From Mobula hypostoma (Eukaryota): a stretch of 64,000 bases of DNA. Under the pieces are notes generated by a model. That model searched no databases. It was given only the letters and a program-made list of their open reading frames with translations, and was not told where the DNA came from. Shown one piece after another: positions 1-11,800 of the stretch (position 1 is its first letter; every line of letters starts with the position of its first letter). The position numbers were made by a program, and so were the translations under genes. The stretch covers positions 57,288,001 through 57,352,000 of the forward strand of contig NC_086116.1 of assembly GCF_963921235.1 (NCBI RefSeq), given 5' to 3'.

Positions 1-639
1 CACACACACAGAGACTAAACTGTTTTGCTGCCACATTTGATATTTTTCCCATTCACTTCATTCAGGGCTCCAATTAAATTATATGTATTCATTTTTTAAA
101 TCTATATATACTTAATGATATTTCACTAAAAGAGTAAACTTATCATGACCCATTCAGAAACTCCGATGGCCCCCAGTTTGTTTCTAACTTATGGCCTCTA
201 CATCTGTCATGGCCCACATTCAGAGCCACTGCTCTAGAGGTCTATCTGAGCCAAATGGAGGCAGAATAGCGTAAGGTTGTGGTGCCATTTATTGAGGAAC
301 CTGGAACATAGTAGGAGACCAAAAAAGGCCCTCTTTATTCCCACTCTTTTCCTCCTGCCAGTCAGCCAATCTGTTGTCTATGCTATTATCTCTCCTGTAA
401 TACCATGGGCTCTGATCTTATTGCACTGCCTCATGCGTGGCACCTTGTCAGAAGGTCTTCTGAAAATCCAAGTACGTCCCCCCATCAATTCTCCTTTGTC
501 TATCCTGCTTGTTATTTCCTCACAGAGGCAAGGAAGGCATTTGGCATGCTGGCCTTTGGCTGTCGGGCATTGAATGCAAGTCATATTGCAGTTAGTGCTG
601 AAAAGAATTACCTTGATGTTGTCCGGATTCGGGGGTCTC

Positions 640-1300
640 AGTTACAGGATAGGTCATAGAGACTAAGACTTCATTCACTGGACCATAGAAGAATGGTGAA
701 TGGTGTACAGGGCTGAATGCTCTCCATGGTATATTTGTAGAAATTTGGTAGTCTTCAGCGACGTACAAAATCTCCTCAAACTCCTTTTCAAGTATAGCCA
801 CTAGTGTGCCTTATTTGTGATTGCATCAATATTTTGGACCCAGGAAATGTTCAGGACCTTGAAATGGCTCATCCTTTGTACTGCAAACCCCTCAATGAGA
901 ATGTGTGTGTTCTCCCAATCTCCCTTTCCTGAAATCCACAATTAATTCCTTGGTGTTGATGACGTTAAGTGTGAGGTTATTATTGTGACCCCACTCAATT
1001 AGCTGAACTATCTCACAAATGTATGTCTCCTCATTGACGTCTGAGATACTGCCAACAACAGTGGTGTCATTAGCGAATTTATAGATGGTGCTTGAGCTGT
1101 GCTTAGCCACACAGTCACGAATGTAGAGAGGGTAGAGCCGTGGGCTATGCATGCATCCTTGAGGTGTGCCTATGTTGATTGTCAGCAAGAAGAAGATGTT
1201 ATCTCCAATCAACACAGACTGTGGCCTCCTGGCAAGGAAGTCAAGGATCCATTTGCAGTGGAGGTACAGAGGTCCAGGTTTTGAAGCTTGTTGATTAGTA
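640..1300 (-). mobile_element. Rex1/Babar-like LINE RT fragment
   Basis: ORF 892-1323: DCVAKHSSSTIYKFANDTTVVG...NNLTLNVINTKELIVDFRK. Confidence 0.8.
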
Positions 1301-1305
1301 CTAAC

Positions 1306-3300
1306 CATAAGATCATAAGACATAAGAGCAGAATTAGGCCATTCAGCCCATCGTCTGCTCTACCATTCCATCATGGCTGATTCAGGATCCCACTCAACCC
1401 CATACACCTGCCTTCTCGCCATATCCTTTGATGCCCTGACTGATCAGGAAACTATCAACTTCTTCCTTAAATACATGCACAGACTTGCCTCCACTGCAGT
1501 CTGTGGCAGGGCATTCCACAGATTTACTATTCTCTGGCTAAAAAAAAATCCTCCTTACCTCTGCCCAAAAGGATTGCCCCTCAGTTTTGAGGCAGTGCCC
1601 TCTAGTTCTGGATACCCCCACCATAGAAAGCACTGTTACATACCCTGTAACTGGGTTGCCAAACCAGCAGAAATGGATCACTCAGTTGGAGTCTGGATTA
1701 CTAGAACTAAGAAAGTTTTATTAAAGAAACAAGCAACACAGTAATCGAAAGGATAATAAATGCAACAGTTCAGCAATGATAAACACACATATGCACAGAA
1801 TTAAGATAACAGGATCAATCAAGCTCTATCGTTGTCTAGGGGTAAATGACCAATTTCAAAGTGACGCAAAGTTCAGTCCAATTTAGTTCAGTTCGCAGTA
1901 ATCGTTGCCATGGCGATGGACAATGTGGGGGGAAGGAGAGAGAGAACAAGAACGAATGATCATTCAAAACGGCTTCCACTCACAGACCTGCGATATTGCT
2001 CACAAGCAGCTTTTGGGCAAGTCCTTTGTGATGTCACCTGAGGTCACCGACTGTGACCCCTCCTCCAGATGCGGTCGATCCTCTGCAGTGAACCCGGCAC
2101 CCAAGCAAGGGCGGACACACACCGGGTTCCCGCTGATCGTACCTTTCCACCCTGTGCGTTTAAGGCTTGGTTCCGCCACCAGCCTTCCAAAACGACTCCC
2201 GCCGACTTGCGGGGGGGCACCGCTTCCAGGGTCTCGTTACCTTGTGGTGTCGTGTGTGTCTTGCCTTAGCGAACCTGTCCCTTTTTATCCCCCTGCTGGG
2301 GTATCGCCTGTCCGTTACTTCAGACAGTTCAGGGTTCAAAGGGGGAGCCGCTCTAGACAGCTCTCTCTCCCGTCCCTTCATTACACATCTCCAAATCGCC
2401 TGTCCATCACTTCAAACAGTTCAGGGTTCAAAGCAGGAGCCGATCTTGACAATACCCAGACTGATGGCTCCTTCATTAACATCTCCAAATGCTGCTTCAT
2501 TGTGTTCCTTATCTCTCCCTCCCCTGAGGACAGGTGGCAGACCAACTGCTGATGCCACTGGTGCTATCCCAGGCCAGCAAACATCTTAATTTATGTGTAT
2601 TCTCATCACAGTACCCTCTTCACATCCACCTTACCTAGTCCTTTCAACATTTGGTTGGTTTCAATTAGATACCCCACCCCCCGCACTCTTTAAATTCCAG
2701 TGCGTACAGGCCCAATTGGAGTGGCCAAATGCACCTCATATGTTAACCCCTTCATTCCCAGAATCATCCTTGTGAGCCTCCTCTGGACTCTCTCCAATGA
2801 CAACACACCCTTTCTGAGATATGGGGCCCAAAACTGTTGACGATACTCCAAGTGTGGTCTGACTAGTGTTTTTATATTCTGTTCCCCTTGAAATAAATGC
2901 CTTCTTTACCACAGACTCAACCTGTAAATGAATCTTCTGGGAGTCTTGCACGAGTACTCCTAAGTCCCTCTGCATCTCTGATGTCTGAACCTTCTCCCCA
3001 TTTAGATAACAGTTCGCACTGTTGTTCCTTTTACCAAAATGTATTATCATACATTTCCCAACTCTGTATTCCATCTACCACTTTTTTGCCCATTCTTCCA
3101 ATTTCTCGCATTGTTTCCTACTCCTCCACCTATCTTTGTATCATTCGCAAACTTTAACACAAAGCCATCAATTCTACTATCTAAATCATTGACAAACCAT
3201 GTGAAAAGCAGCAGTCCCAATACTGACCCCTGAGGAGCATCACCAGTCACTGATTACCAACCAGAAAAGGCCCCTTTTATTCCAACTCATTGCCTCCTGC
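1306..3300 (-). mobile_element. CR1 LINE 3' part, interrupted by a solo LTR
   Basis: CR1 3' tail (ccataagatcataagacataagagcagaattaggcc) at about 1306. RT remnants PQGSVLGLLLF and KFANDTKIGG in ORFs 2736-3250. The CR1 sequence resumes at 2611. Confidence 0.85.
1634..2610 (-). mobile_element. Solo LTR, 977 bp
   Basis: TGT...ACA termini, imperfect 4-bp TSD GCAC/GTAC, AATAAA on the minus strand at 1717-1722, internal tandem duplication of about 90 bp (about 2320-2490), inserted cleanly in the CR1. Confidence 0.65.
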
Positions 3301-6300
3301 CTGAGAGTTTGTCTTGTTAAGCAGCTTCATGTGTGGCAGCTTATCAAGGTATCAAGGGGATGATGGTGTTAATCACTGAGCTGTAATTAATAAACAGCAG
3401 CCTAACCTAGGTATTGCTGTTGTCCAGCTGGTCCAAAGGCCAAGTAAACAGCCAGAGAGAATCTATCTGCTACAGAGCTGTTATTGTGGTAGGCAAGTTG
3501 CAGCAGATCCAGGTCTTTGCTTTGACATAGTCATAGTCATACTTTATTGATCCCGAGGGAAATTGGTTTTCATTACAGTTGCACCAACCAAGATGGTTCT
3601 AGCCATGACTAAGCTCTCAAAGCACAGTGCTACCAGGCGATAGTTGTTGAGACCGCTCATCCTGTTCTTCTTACGCACCTGTATGATCGATTCCATTTTG
3701 AAGTAGGAGGCAACCACCATATCACGTAAACAATACATATAGCCTGTTAAATCTTAAATATTGACTGTATATTAGAATAATTAGTACAATTGGCCAAAAA
3801 AACTTTAGCAACTAAGGGACAGTTGCAAGAGGACATCGAGCAGAAAAGGATGAGATCTACTGCTCGAGAGCATACTGGCCACAGCGCACAGGGTTCATGG
3901 TTCACAGGTAAGCTTGATTTCAATCCCATGATACACTCGTACAGCTGGCAAACTCAGTTTCCAACATGAACAGTTAGCTTTAGAAGGAAATATTTATCAA
4001 TATTTTGTGGATGGTAAATAACCTATCACTTGTAATAACATAGCATGGAACAGTCTGTATTCTTAGTCTAGTTGCTTTTCACAGATGCGCCATTTCCTTG
4101 TGCTTTTTTCTTCCATTTAACCAGTGGTTTGGAAGAATAATTTCATATCCTGTCTGGTGACCTTGGATTGTGTGGCCGGGTTCACCTGTTTGCAGATCGC
4201 CATGTTTACTGGTGTTGGAACAGTATGCAAATTGCAGCTAGGCAGCTGTTAAGGTAATGTGCAGGCGAGGATAATTTAAAGGTAGTGTCCAGTCAAGCCA
4301 GACAAAGGAGCTCTTTGAGACCATAGCTTCCTTTTGTCCTTAAGACCAAAAGACTATAAGACATAGGAGTGGAATTAGGCCATTTGGTCCATTGAATCGG
4401 CTCCATTATTACATATTGAAATCCCCCATGAGTATCAGGACATTGCCCTTTTTACATGCATTTGTCAAAATCTCCTATTGTAATTTGTAACCCATATCCT
4501 GGCCACTGTGATGAGGCTTTTACATAATTCCCATCAGGGTCTTTTTACTCTTGCTGTTTTTTAACTCTACCCACAAGGACTTTACATCTTCCACCACAGC
4601 CAAACAATCAAGTGCACGTGATGATTGAAGCCCGTTGAAAAGTCCTGAAAGGCCCTGAGCTCTTTTTAAACCCCACACCACAAAGCCAAACAACTTGGCA
4701 TAGAAAGATAAGGGAGCAGAAGATCAGAAACAGAATCCTACCAAATAGTGAAGCAGCCAGTTAGAATGCTCTCCATGGTACATCTGTAAAAATTTGCAAG
4801 CGTCTTTGGTGACATACCAAATCCCTTCAAACTCTTAATGAAATACAGCTGCTGTCGTGCCTTCTTTGTAGTTGCATTGACATCGCATTGATGCTCAGAG
4901 ATATTGACACCCAGGAACTGAAATTGCTCATTCTTTCCACTTCTGATCCACCTCAGTCAAACAATTTGGCATACAAAGATAAAGGTGCAAAAGAAGGATT
5001 CCTGGGTGACAGATACTAGTGGTCAATTATTAATTCTGAAGATTATTTGCCTTTATTGTGTAGATTCTATTGGCTATTAATGTCTGTATTACCATAGGGT
5101 GACTGGCGAGTGATAATGCAATTAAGGAATTTGAACATCCACAAGGTTACCAATTGGTCAATAGCTGTGGCCAACTAGCCAATTTCTGTATAAAAATAGC
5201 ATTTTTTGTTCAGACTTTTGAACAGTTTTGTGACGGGCACAGGTAAATGAAGTACGTTTAAGGAAAGAATGCAAATTTTGTGAGTCCAGTTAATCAGTGG
5301 TGGCAGCTACAGGGAGTTCATTGCCAGTAAGTTGCTGAACACTGTCACATACAGGCTGATCCAAGCAATGACAATCATAAGTTATAGTTTGGAAAGAGCC
5401 TCTTAGCATTAGGGTAAAGATAATGCTATTTTCTTCTCCTTTGGACAAGAGTCAAGCTCCAAACCTGATGAGTTTGTGATAAAAGAGGAGATAAGTGGGA
5501 ATTCTAATACATAAAAGACTTCATTAATCTTCAACAAAAGCAGCTTCCAGGAACATGAAGGAAGTGAAGGTCATCTCCAACATGCAGTGACTGATAGACC
5601 TTTGAGCCTGGTCCCTGACGCCAGGACTGGACTGCTTGTTAGGTTCTACGTACATTCTGTTGAAATCATCACATTGGAATATGCCAGTTCTTTAAGATCA
5701 GTCTAGTTGGATGGCTGCAAGTAGCAGCTGTGTAAAGACACTTGGCACAAGAGTGAAAAGGAGACTTGAGACCAGTGTCAATTCCATACTGGCCTTGGTG
5801 GCACATTACAGTGGTAACACCCTTCTGGAGTGGATAGTGGCCATGGACAGGAATTAAGGAGAGTCTTCCCAGGACTTGGCTTCAAGTCTGACTCAATGCC
5901 AAGGTCAGGCAGCAATATCTGTGTGGCCAGAAGAAGAAACAAGGCTTGGACATAATTGTCAATATGATTAACATTGTTACTGGTGCATTGAACTTACCTT
6001 CTCAGTTCTCCCAAAAGGGAATACACAGATTAAGTCCTCACCTACATTCTCTGGCTTCCTGTTTGGATCACTAATGTGCCTCCTCTTTCCCAAACCTCTT
6101 GTGAGGGGGACCTGCAAATCTCTAAATGGCCAAGTGAGCGAAAACGTCTGATGTCAAGGATCAGATCAACAGCAATATCACCGACTTAATCAGCGACCCA
6201 CTTTAATGGGTGGGGCAGCATTTGATCCAAATACTCCTTGAAAGGTTCAGACAACTGTTTGTTTTGTAACTTCAAAACATCAAACTAATTCAAAGGAAGA

Positions 6301-6419
6301 CATGGGAGTCCAGGAATGTGGGTTTAACTTTGCATTTACTTTAATCGAGTTGCAGCCATATCCTGTGGTTACAAGATAACATATGTAATTGACATAAGTG
6401 CTATTTCGAATAAGCACAG

Positions 6420-7090
6420 CAGCCTCTTTACTTCCTTAACAGCTTGCAGATATTCAGCATGACATCTAAAACTTTGGCAAACTATTACTGATGTGTAGTG
6501 GAGAGTACATTAACTAGCTGCATGACTGCCTGGTATGGGAACACCGAAGGCCTTGAACAGAAAATCCTACAAAAGGTAGTGGATTTGGTCCAGAACATCA
6601 CGGATAAAGCCTTCCCAACCTTTGAGCACATCTACATGAAATGCTGTCGCAGGAAAACAGCGCCATCATCAGAGATCCCCACCACCCAGGCCACGCTCTC
6701 TGCTCACTGCTGCCATCAGGTAGAAGGTACAGGTGCCTCAGGACTTGCATCACTAAGTTCAAAAACAGTTACTATCCCTCAACCATTAGGCTTTTGAATA
6801 AAAGGGGACAACACACTCACTTGCCTCATCATTGAAATATTCCCACAACCAAGGATCTCACTTTAAGGACTCTTTATCTCATTACTTCATGTTCTCGCTA
6901 TATATTTATATTTGCATTTGCACAGTTTGTTGTCTTCTGCACTCTTTTTGATTGTTCATTGATCCTGTGATAGTTACTATTCTATAGATTTACTGAGTAT
7001 GCCCACAGGAAAATGAATCTCAGAGTCGTATATGGTGTACTTTGATATTGTATATGTATTTTGATAATAAGATTTACTTTGAACTTTATA
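6420..7090 (+). mobile_element. Rex1/Babar-like LINE 3' end
   Basis: ESTLTSCMTAWYGN...LPSGRRYR...KNSYYPSTIRLLN, followed by a T-rich 3' UTR. Confidence 0.75.
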
Positions 7091-7339
7091 TTTATAACCA
7101 CTAATGAATTATTTAAATGAATAAGAATGCTTGATCAAACAATATATTTACAAAATTACTCAAATATTACCGAAATATAAATACACACCACCACAGAAAT
7201 TATCAGACAAAATACCTTATTAACACGCTCAAAATGCTGGAGGAACTCAGCAGTCTAGGCAGCATCTATGGAAAAGAGATTTCCAGTATCTGCAGATTTT
7301 CTCTTGTTTATGTTTGAAAATGCGTATGCTCACTTAGTT

Positions 7340-7640
7340 TCACTTTTGTCGTTGACATCGATTTCGAACTGTGTTTACTTCCTGTTAGCGCTGAAAGGAA
7401 GGACATGTTGAAGTCTGGCCCTTGGAACAAGAGGGATTCGAGGGTCGGAATAGCCGACGAGAGACGATACACGATGAATGGTGTGACTATGTTTAAACCG
7501 TCGTCAAGTAAACACAGCATTCGCCGTCTGAAATGAGTGATTCGTGTTCCAACGTAGGCGGAAGAAAGCTGTAGGTAATGGCGGGCAAAGCGGGGGAGGA
7601 GCGGCTGGAAATTCACTACGTAACTCTAAATTCAAAGCTT
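7340..7640. promoter_or_regulatory. CpG-rich, non-repetitive segment; possible promoter or first exon
   Basis: Local CpG enrichment, ETS motif ACTTCCTGT at 7377-7385, donor-like AG|GTAATG on + (7575) and A|GTGAGC on - (7333). Confidence 0.3.
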
Positions 7641-8257
7641 GGACTTTATCGTCTCTACACAAATATTAACGTAACTAATTCTTCTTCTGCTCACCTACCA
7701 CCGCCTGAGCTTCCGCATCCAACTCACCATACTCCGCCATCTCCTACGGGCCCTTAGCACCAAACATATCTTTACCTTTGTCCCCAGCTCCCCGCTCCCC
7801 GCTTTCCACAGGGATCGCTCCTTCAACAAATTTCACTTCACAATTATGCCGTCGATAATAAACCTGATTCTGATAATGGGACTGTCACCTATCAGGAAGG
7901 TGTATTTCTGCCACCTACTGTAATGGAGCTTGACAGGGATCAGTTCCTGCTTCCCCAACCTGTTTTCGTTGAAAACCTGCACCTGCACAACTTTAACCGT
8001 TTGCCTCAGGTGCCAGAATATCCTGCAAACAAAGCGTCCCAGATCTACCTAATAATTGCCTAAACAGCTTTCTACCTTCTAACAAATATCTGTGACACAC
8101 AGGGCCGCAGTGCTAATTTTTTAGGTACCGGAGCTGACAAAACGCTTGCCATTTCCGTCTGTCTGTCTGTATCTTGTTTTACGGCGGTTGGGCATCCAGC
8201 TTAATGGTGCATTACCGCCACCCTCTGCTCCAGAATGTGCACTAGACATACATTCTA

Positions 8258-8466
8258 NNNNNNNNNNNNNNNNNNNNNNNNNNNNNNNNNNNNNNNNNNN
8301 NNNNNNNNNNNNNNNNNNNNNNNNNNNNNNNNNNNNNNNNNNNNNNNNNNNNNNNNNNNNNNNNNNNNNNNNNNNNNNNNNNNNNNNNNNNNNNNNNNNN
8401 NNNNNNNNNNNNNNNNNNNNNNNNNNNNNNNNNNNNNNNNNNNNNNNNNNNNNNNNNNNNNNNNNN
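8258..8466. other. Assembly gap (209 N)
   Basis: Run of N. Confidence 1.
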
Positions 8467-10744
8467 TTCCTATATCCTCTCCATATATATGTCACACCCA
8501 ATTTGTGTACTTGCTCATTTCGTGCACTGGGCAATTTCCTTGCCCCATTCATGTAACGAGCAGGTACACAAATTGGGTGTGATATATATATATATATATA
8601 AAAGGGCTTCTTATAATGTCAAGCATTAAACCAAGATGAAAGAAATATATGGATTCCAGAGCTCCTCAGAACTATAGTAATAGTTAAGACATTAACAAGA
8701 TTATAGTCTATCACTACATTTCAGTGTATAACTGGTACAATAACACATATAATACTTAATGTAATAATATGACAAAGTATTGCCCGGTTGCACTCACTAA
8801 TTATCATAAAATATAATTATCAAACAAGTAAAGAAAAAGATGGTAATCATGTACTTTACCAATTTAAAAGTAATTACCTACTTACCAAATGCCACCAATG
8901 AGAAGTTTCACGATAATTTCCACGAAGGGTCAGGGGTAATATGTGTTTGGAGGTCTGAAGCAACTCTTGTCCTGGTGTCATCTGCTGATCTGTGGTACCA
9001 CAGCCATGATGTGACATATGGCTCAGGATTTCACTGAAATAGAGCAGGTTTGTGTAGGTTAACCAACATAAATGATGATATATGATTTTTGAGAATTCTT
9101 GAGCATGTTGTTGTTATTATCAAGTTCATGTGACTGAATCCTCTCTCACATTCAGCAGTACTAATAGGAATAACTTGTGAACAGCTCAGTAATGGGCGTA
9201 AATCTTGGGGGATGTGGCGTCCACGATCCTCCACATAATCTCTGAAGGCATTTATTACAGAGGAAGAACAAAGCTTAAACCTCTTACAGAGAGACGATAT
9301 TGTAGCTTCTCCATAATTAGGCAGTATTTCAGCAGGCCAGATATCTTTATCAAAGACACACATTTCATTTAGCAGGGATTTATACATACTTTGAGGTTTA
9401 GAAGTTTGAGAACCTTTCAAGGATGTTGCCATGAACATACGGTGCTGCAAATTGTTTAAAAGACTGGTAAGAAACTGTAGATAATTAATGGAGACAATTT
9501 TGTTGTTGTTTGTTAAGGTAATTTCTCCAAATTTCCCCTTTTCAACTGCCTCTTGAGCTTCCAGAATTTTTGTACCAGATTGCTCTTTCAGTCCATGCAG
9601 TGATCAGTTTGCCTGCATAAACAATCGTAGTAGTGCATTTCTGTAAACACTTTGACAGTAAACCAAGTTCATGCAACATGTCATACCTTAGAGCTAAGAC
9701 CAATAGAAACTGTTCTGAAGAGAGTCTTTTCAACAGACCTTCATAGGTTTTTCTGTCACTCCCAGATCTTGTTTCATCCTTCATTGCTTTTTCAAAATGA
9801 AAACACAGTGCTTCATAATTTTGCCACACTGCTGAAACTGTTCAAAATGAGCTAGCTACGCACCTGGTGCCCAGAACACGGCCTATTTTGCAAATTTGTT
9901 GTTCTAGTTGAGAGGCACATTCAGACAGTTTTTTTTTGATTTAGAGGTGATCTACTGTAAACAGAGTACAATTTGTCTGTAAATAATTGAAAATGATTTA
10001 TTCCATGAACTTCTCTCACCGAATCACCTACTGCAAATTCTAATCTGTGATTAAGACAGTGCCAAATCATCACATCAGGGTAATATTCCTTGAGAATTGT
10101 AGCAACAGCAGATTTGACACCAAGCATTACACTCGCCCCATCACTAGCAAATGCTACAAGGTTCTGTTTCAAGTAAGAGTCATCAAACCCATGGTTATTG
10201 AAACAGTTCAATACATGCTTAGTAATAGTTACAGGCTTTCTGATCAGGCAGTTCAGTTAGATCTGAAAACATAAAATGGGGATCCCCTTCCTTATCACTT
10301 TCACATCTCAAATAAACTATTAGGGCGGTATTAATGCTCAGGCTTGTTGATTCATCAATGAGAACAGAAAATTTGCCATTTATCTGCTTGATATGCTGGC
10401 AAATTTTCTTTTTCATATTAATGGCTATGTGATTAATTATCTCCGTAGCACTAGTGCGGGAATCCAGTCCAATTCCAATGTCAATACCATTTTTTTTTGA
10501 AGTTCCAATAAGCCAAAGTGATCAGGGTATGGTCTGTCATTCTGAGCTAAATAATATGCAGAACGAAAAATTGAACAAGTTGCCTTTAGATGCGAAGCAT
10601 TCATGGTGTCACATAATTTTCCAAGAGCATCTTCACTAGCTATATTTTCAAAACTTAGAGCAGCAGTGTGAGCTTTTGATAGTTTGTGATCAACAATCTT
10701 TTTTCTGAGAGACTTCATGCATGTGCTTTGATCGGCTCCATAAT

Positions 10745-11800
10745 AGGATACTTAGTACATCCGCCATGTCGATTCTCCCGTGATCTTTAAGTTCTTGGGG
10801 CTGTAGCACTTTACATAGCTAGCTAGCCAGCCATCCCTTACTAGCCTTAAACTCCTTCCTCTCTCTCTCCCTCAACCCCCTCACAACAGTGCTCATAGAG
10901 GCTAAGTGCTTTTTCACGCATAATTTTGCCATCAACAGGGATATGCTTCTGTGACATGTCCTCTAGCCACACACTTAATGCTTTCTATATGGGGTGTCAG
11001 GGAGGGGTAGCACCTCTGGTGGGGGAACATGTCGCATCCTTTTCAGGGCGGTTAGTCCACCTTTGGTCCCCACCTGGCACTCAGCTCTCACCTGAGGCTC
11101 CCCATAGCTGTTTGCATGCGACAGTGGCCACACCCCGGGCAACGGCTTCGACAAGCCGGCTAAACCAGGTGAGGGTAGCCGACGGGTCTCAAACCCTCGG
11201 TGAGATAGGGAGTTGTCTGTCCCAGCATGTGAAGACAGACTCCGGCGGATTGAGCGGACGAGACCAGCGGAAGGTCCAACGGTCAAGAAGGCGGTCTCTG
11301 CAAGCGTCGTGGAACGTGTAGAGCAGGACAAGACACAGAAGACGTCCTGGCCATCCACTGCGCCTAGTCCCATCTCCAGCCGTCTAGACTCTGTCTTGCC
11401 ACTGGATCCAGATGGGAATTGGGAAGAGAGAGTGAGGCTGACGCTGCGCAACTCTCCCTCACTTAAGTCCAAATCACGCGCTAGTCTCAACACCATCATG
11501 ATGGTGTCGAGGTCCTCTTCGACGTCAACGATGGATGAACAACCAAATGCTTTCTCAGTCTTTGCAAGCACTTTATCACAAACCAGAGAGACCACTTTTG
11601 CCGTTGCAGGGGTGGCATTAACACTTCCACGAAGTTCAGCTTCTTTCTGCTTTATTGTGCGAACGCTCGATTCGTTCTTACCGACCTTACGGCCCACTTC
11701 GGCAAGCGACATGTCACTTTTTAAAAGATCTAAGATTTTTATTTCCTCGGCAAACAATGCTCAAACAATGAGTGCTGGAGAGAGACTGAGGATCTGTGAA
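10745..11800 (-). mobile_element. Tigger/pogo (TIGD1-like) transposase N-terminal fragment inside the hAT
   Basis: IKILDLLKSDMSLAEVGRKVGKNESSVRTIKQKE...AKTEKAL joins SVWLEDMSQKHIPVDGKIMREKALSLYEH...EFKASKGWL once 10987-11555 is removed. These are HTH-psq and CENP-B HTH domains. Confidence 0.85.
10987..11545 (+). mobile_element. 559-bp non-LTR insert (RTE-related SINE or internally deleted LINE)
   Basis: Flanked by a perfect 10-bp TSD AATGCTTTCT (10977-10986 and 11546-11555); CpG-rich. Family and strand are assigned by resemblance only. Confidence 0.65.

Noticed and set aside
1905-2589. 215-aa and 140-aa ORFs
   Set aside because: They lie entirely inside the solo LTR, have no ATG start or recognisable domain, and show no splice context.
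7308-7616. 102-aa minus-strand ORF as a protein-coding gene
   Set aside because: No recognisable domain, and it runs into a Penelope terminal repeat. The openness is plausible by chance in GC-rich DNA.
8121-8582. ORFs spanning the N run
   Set aside because: Artefacts of the assembly gap.
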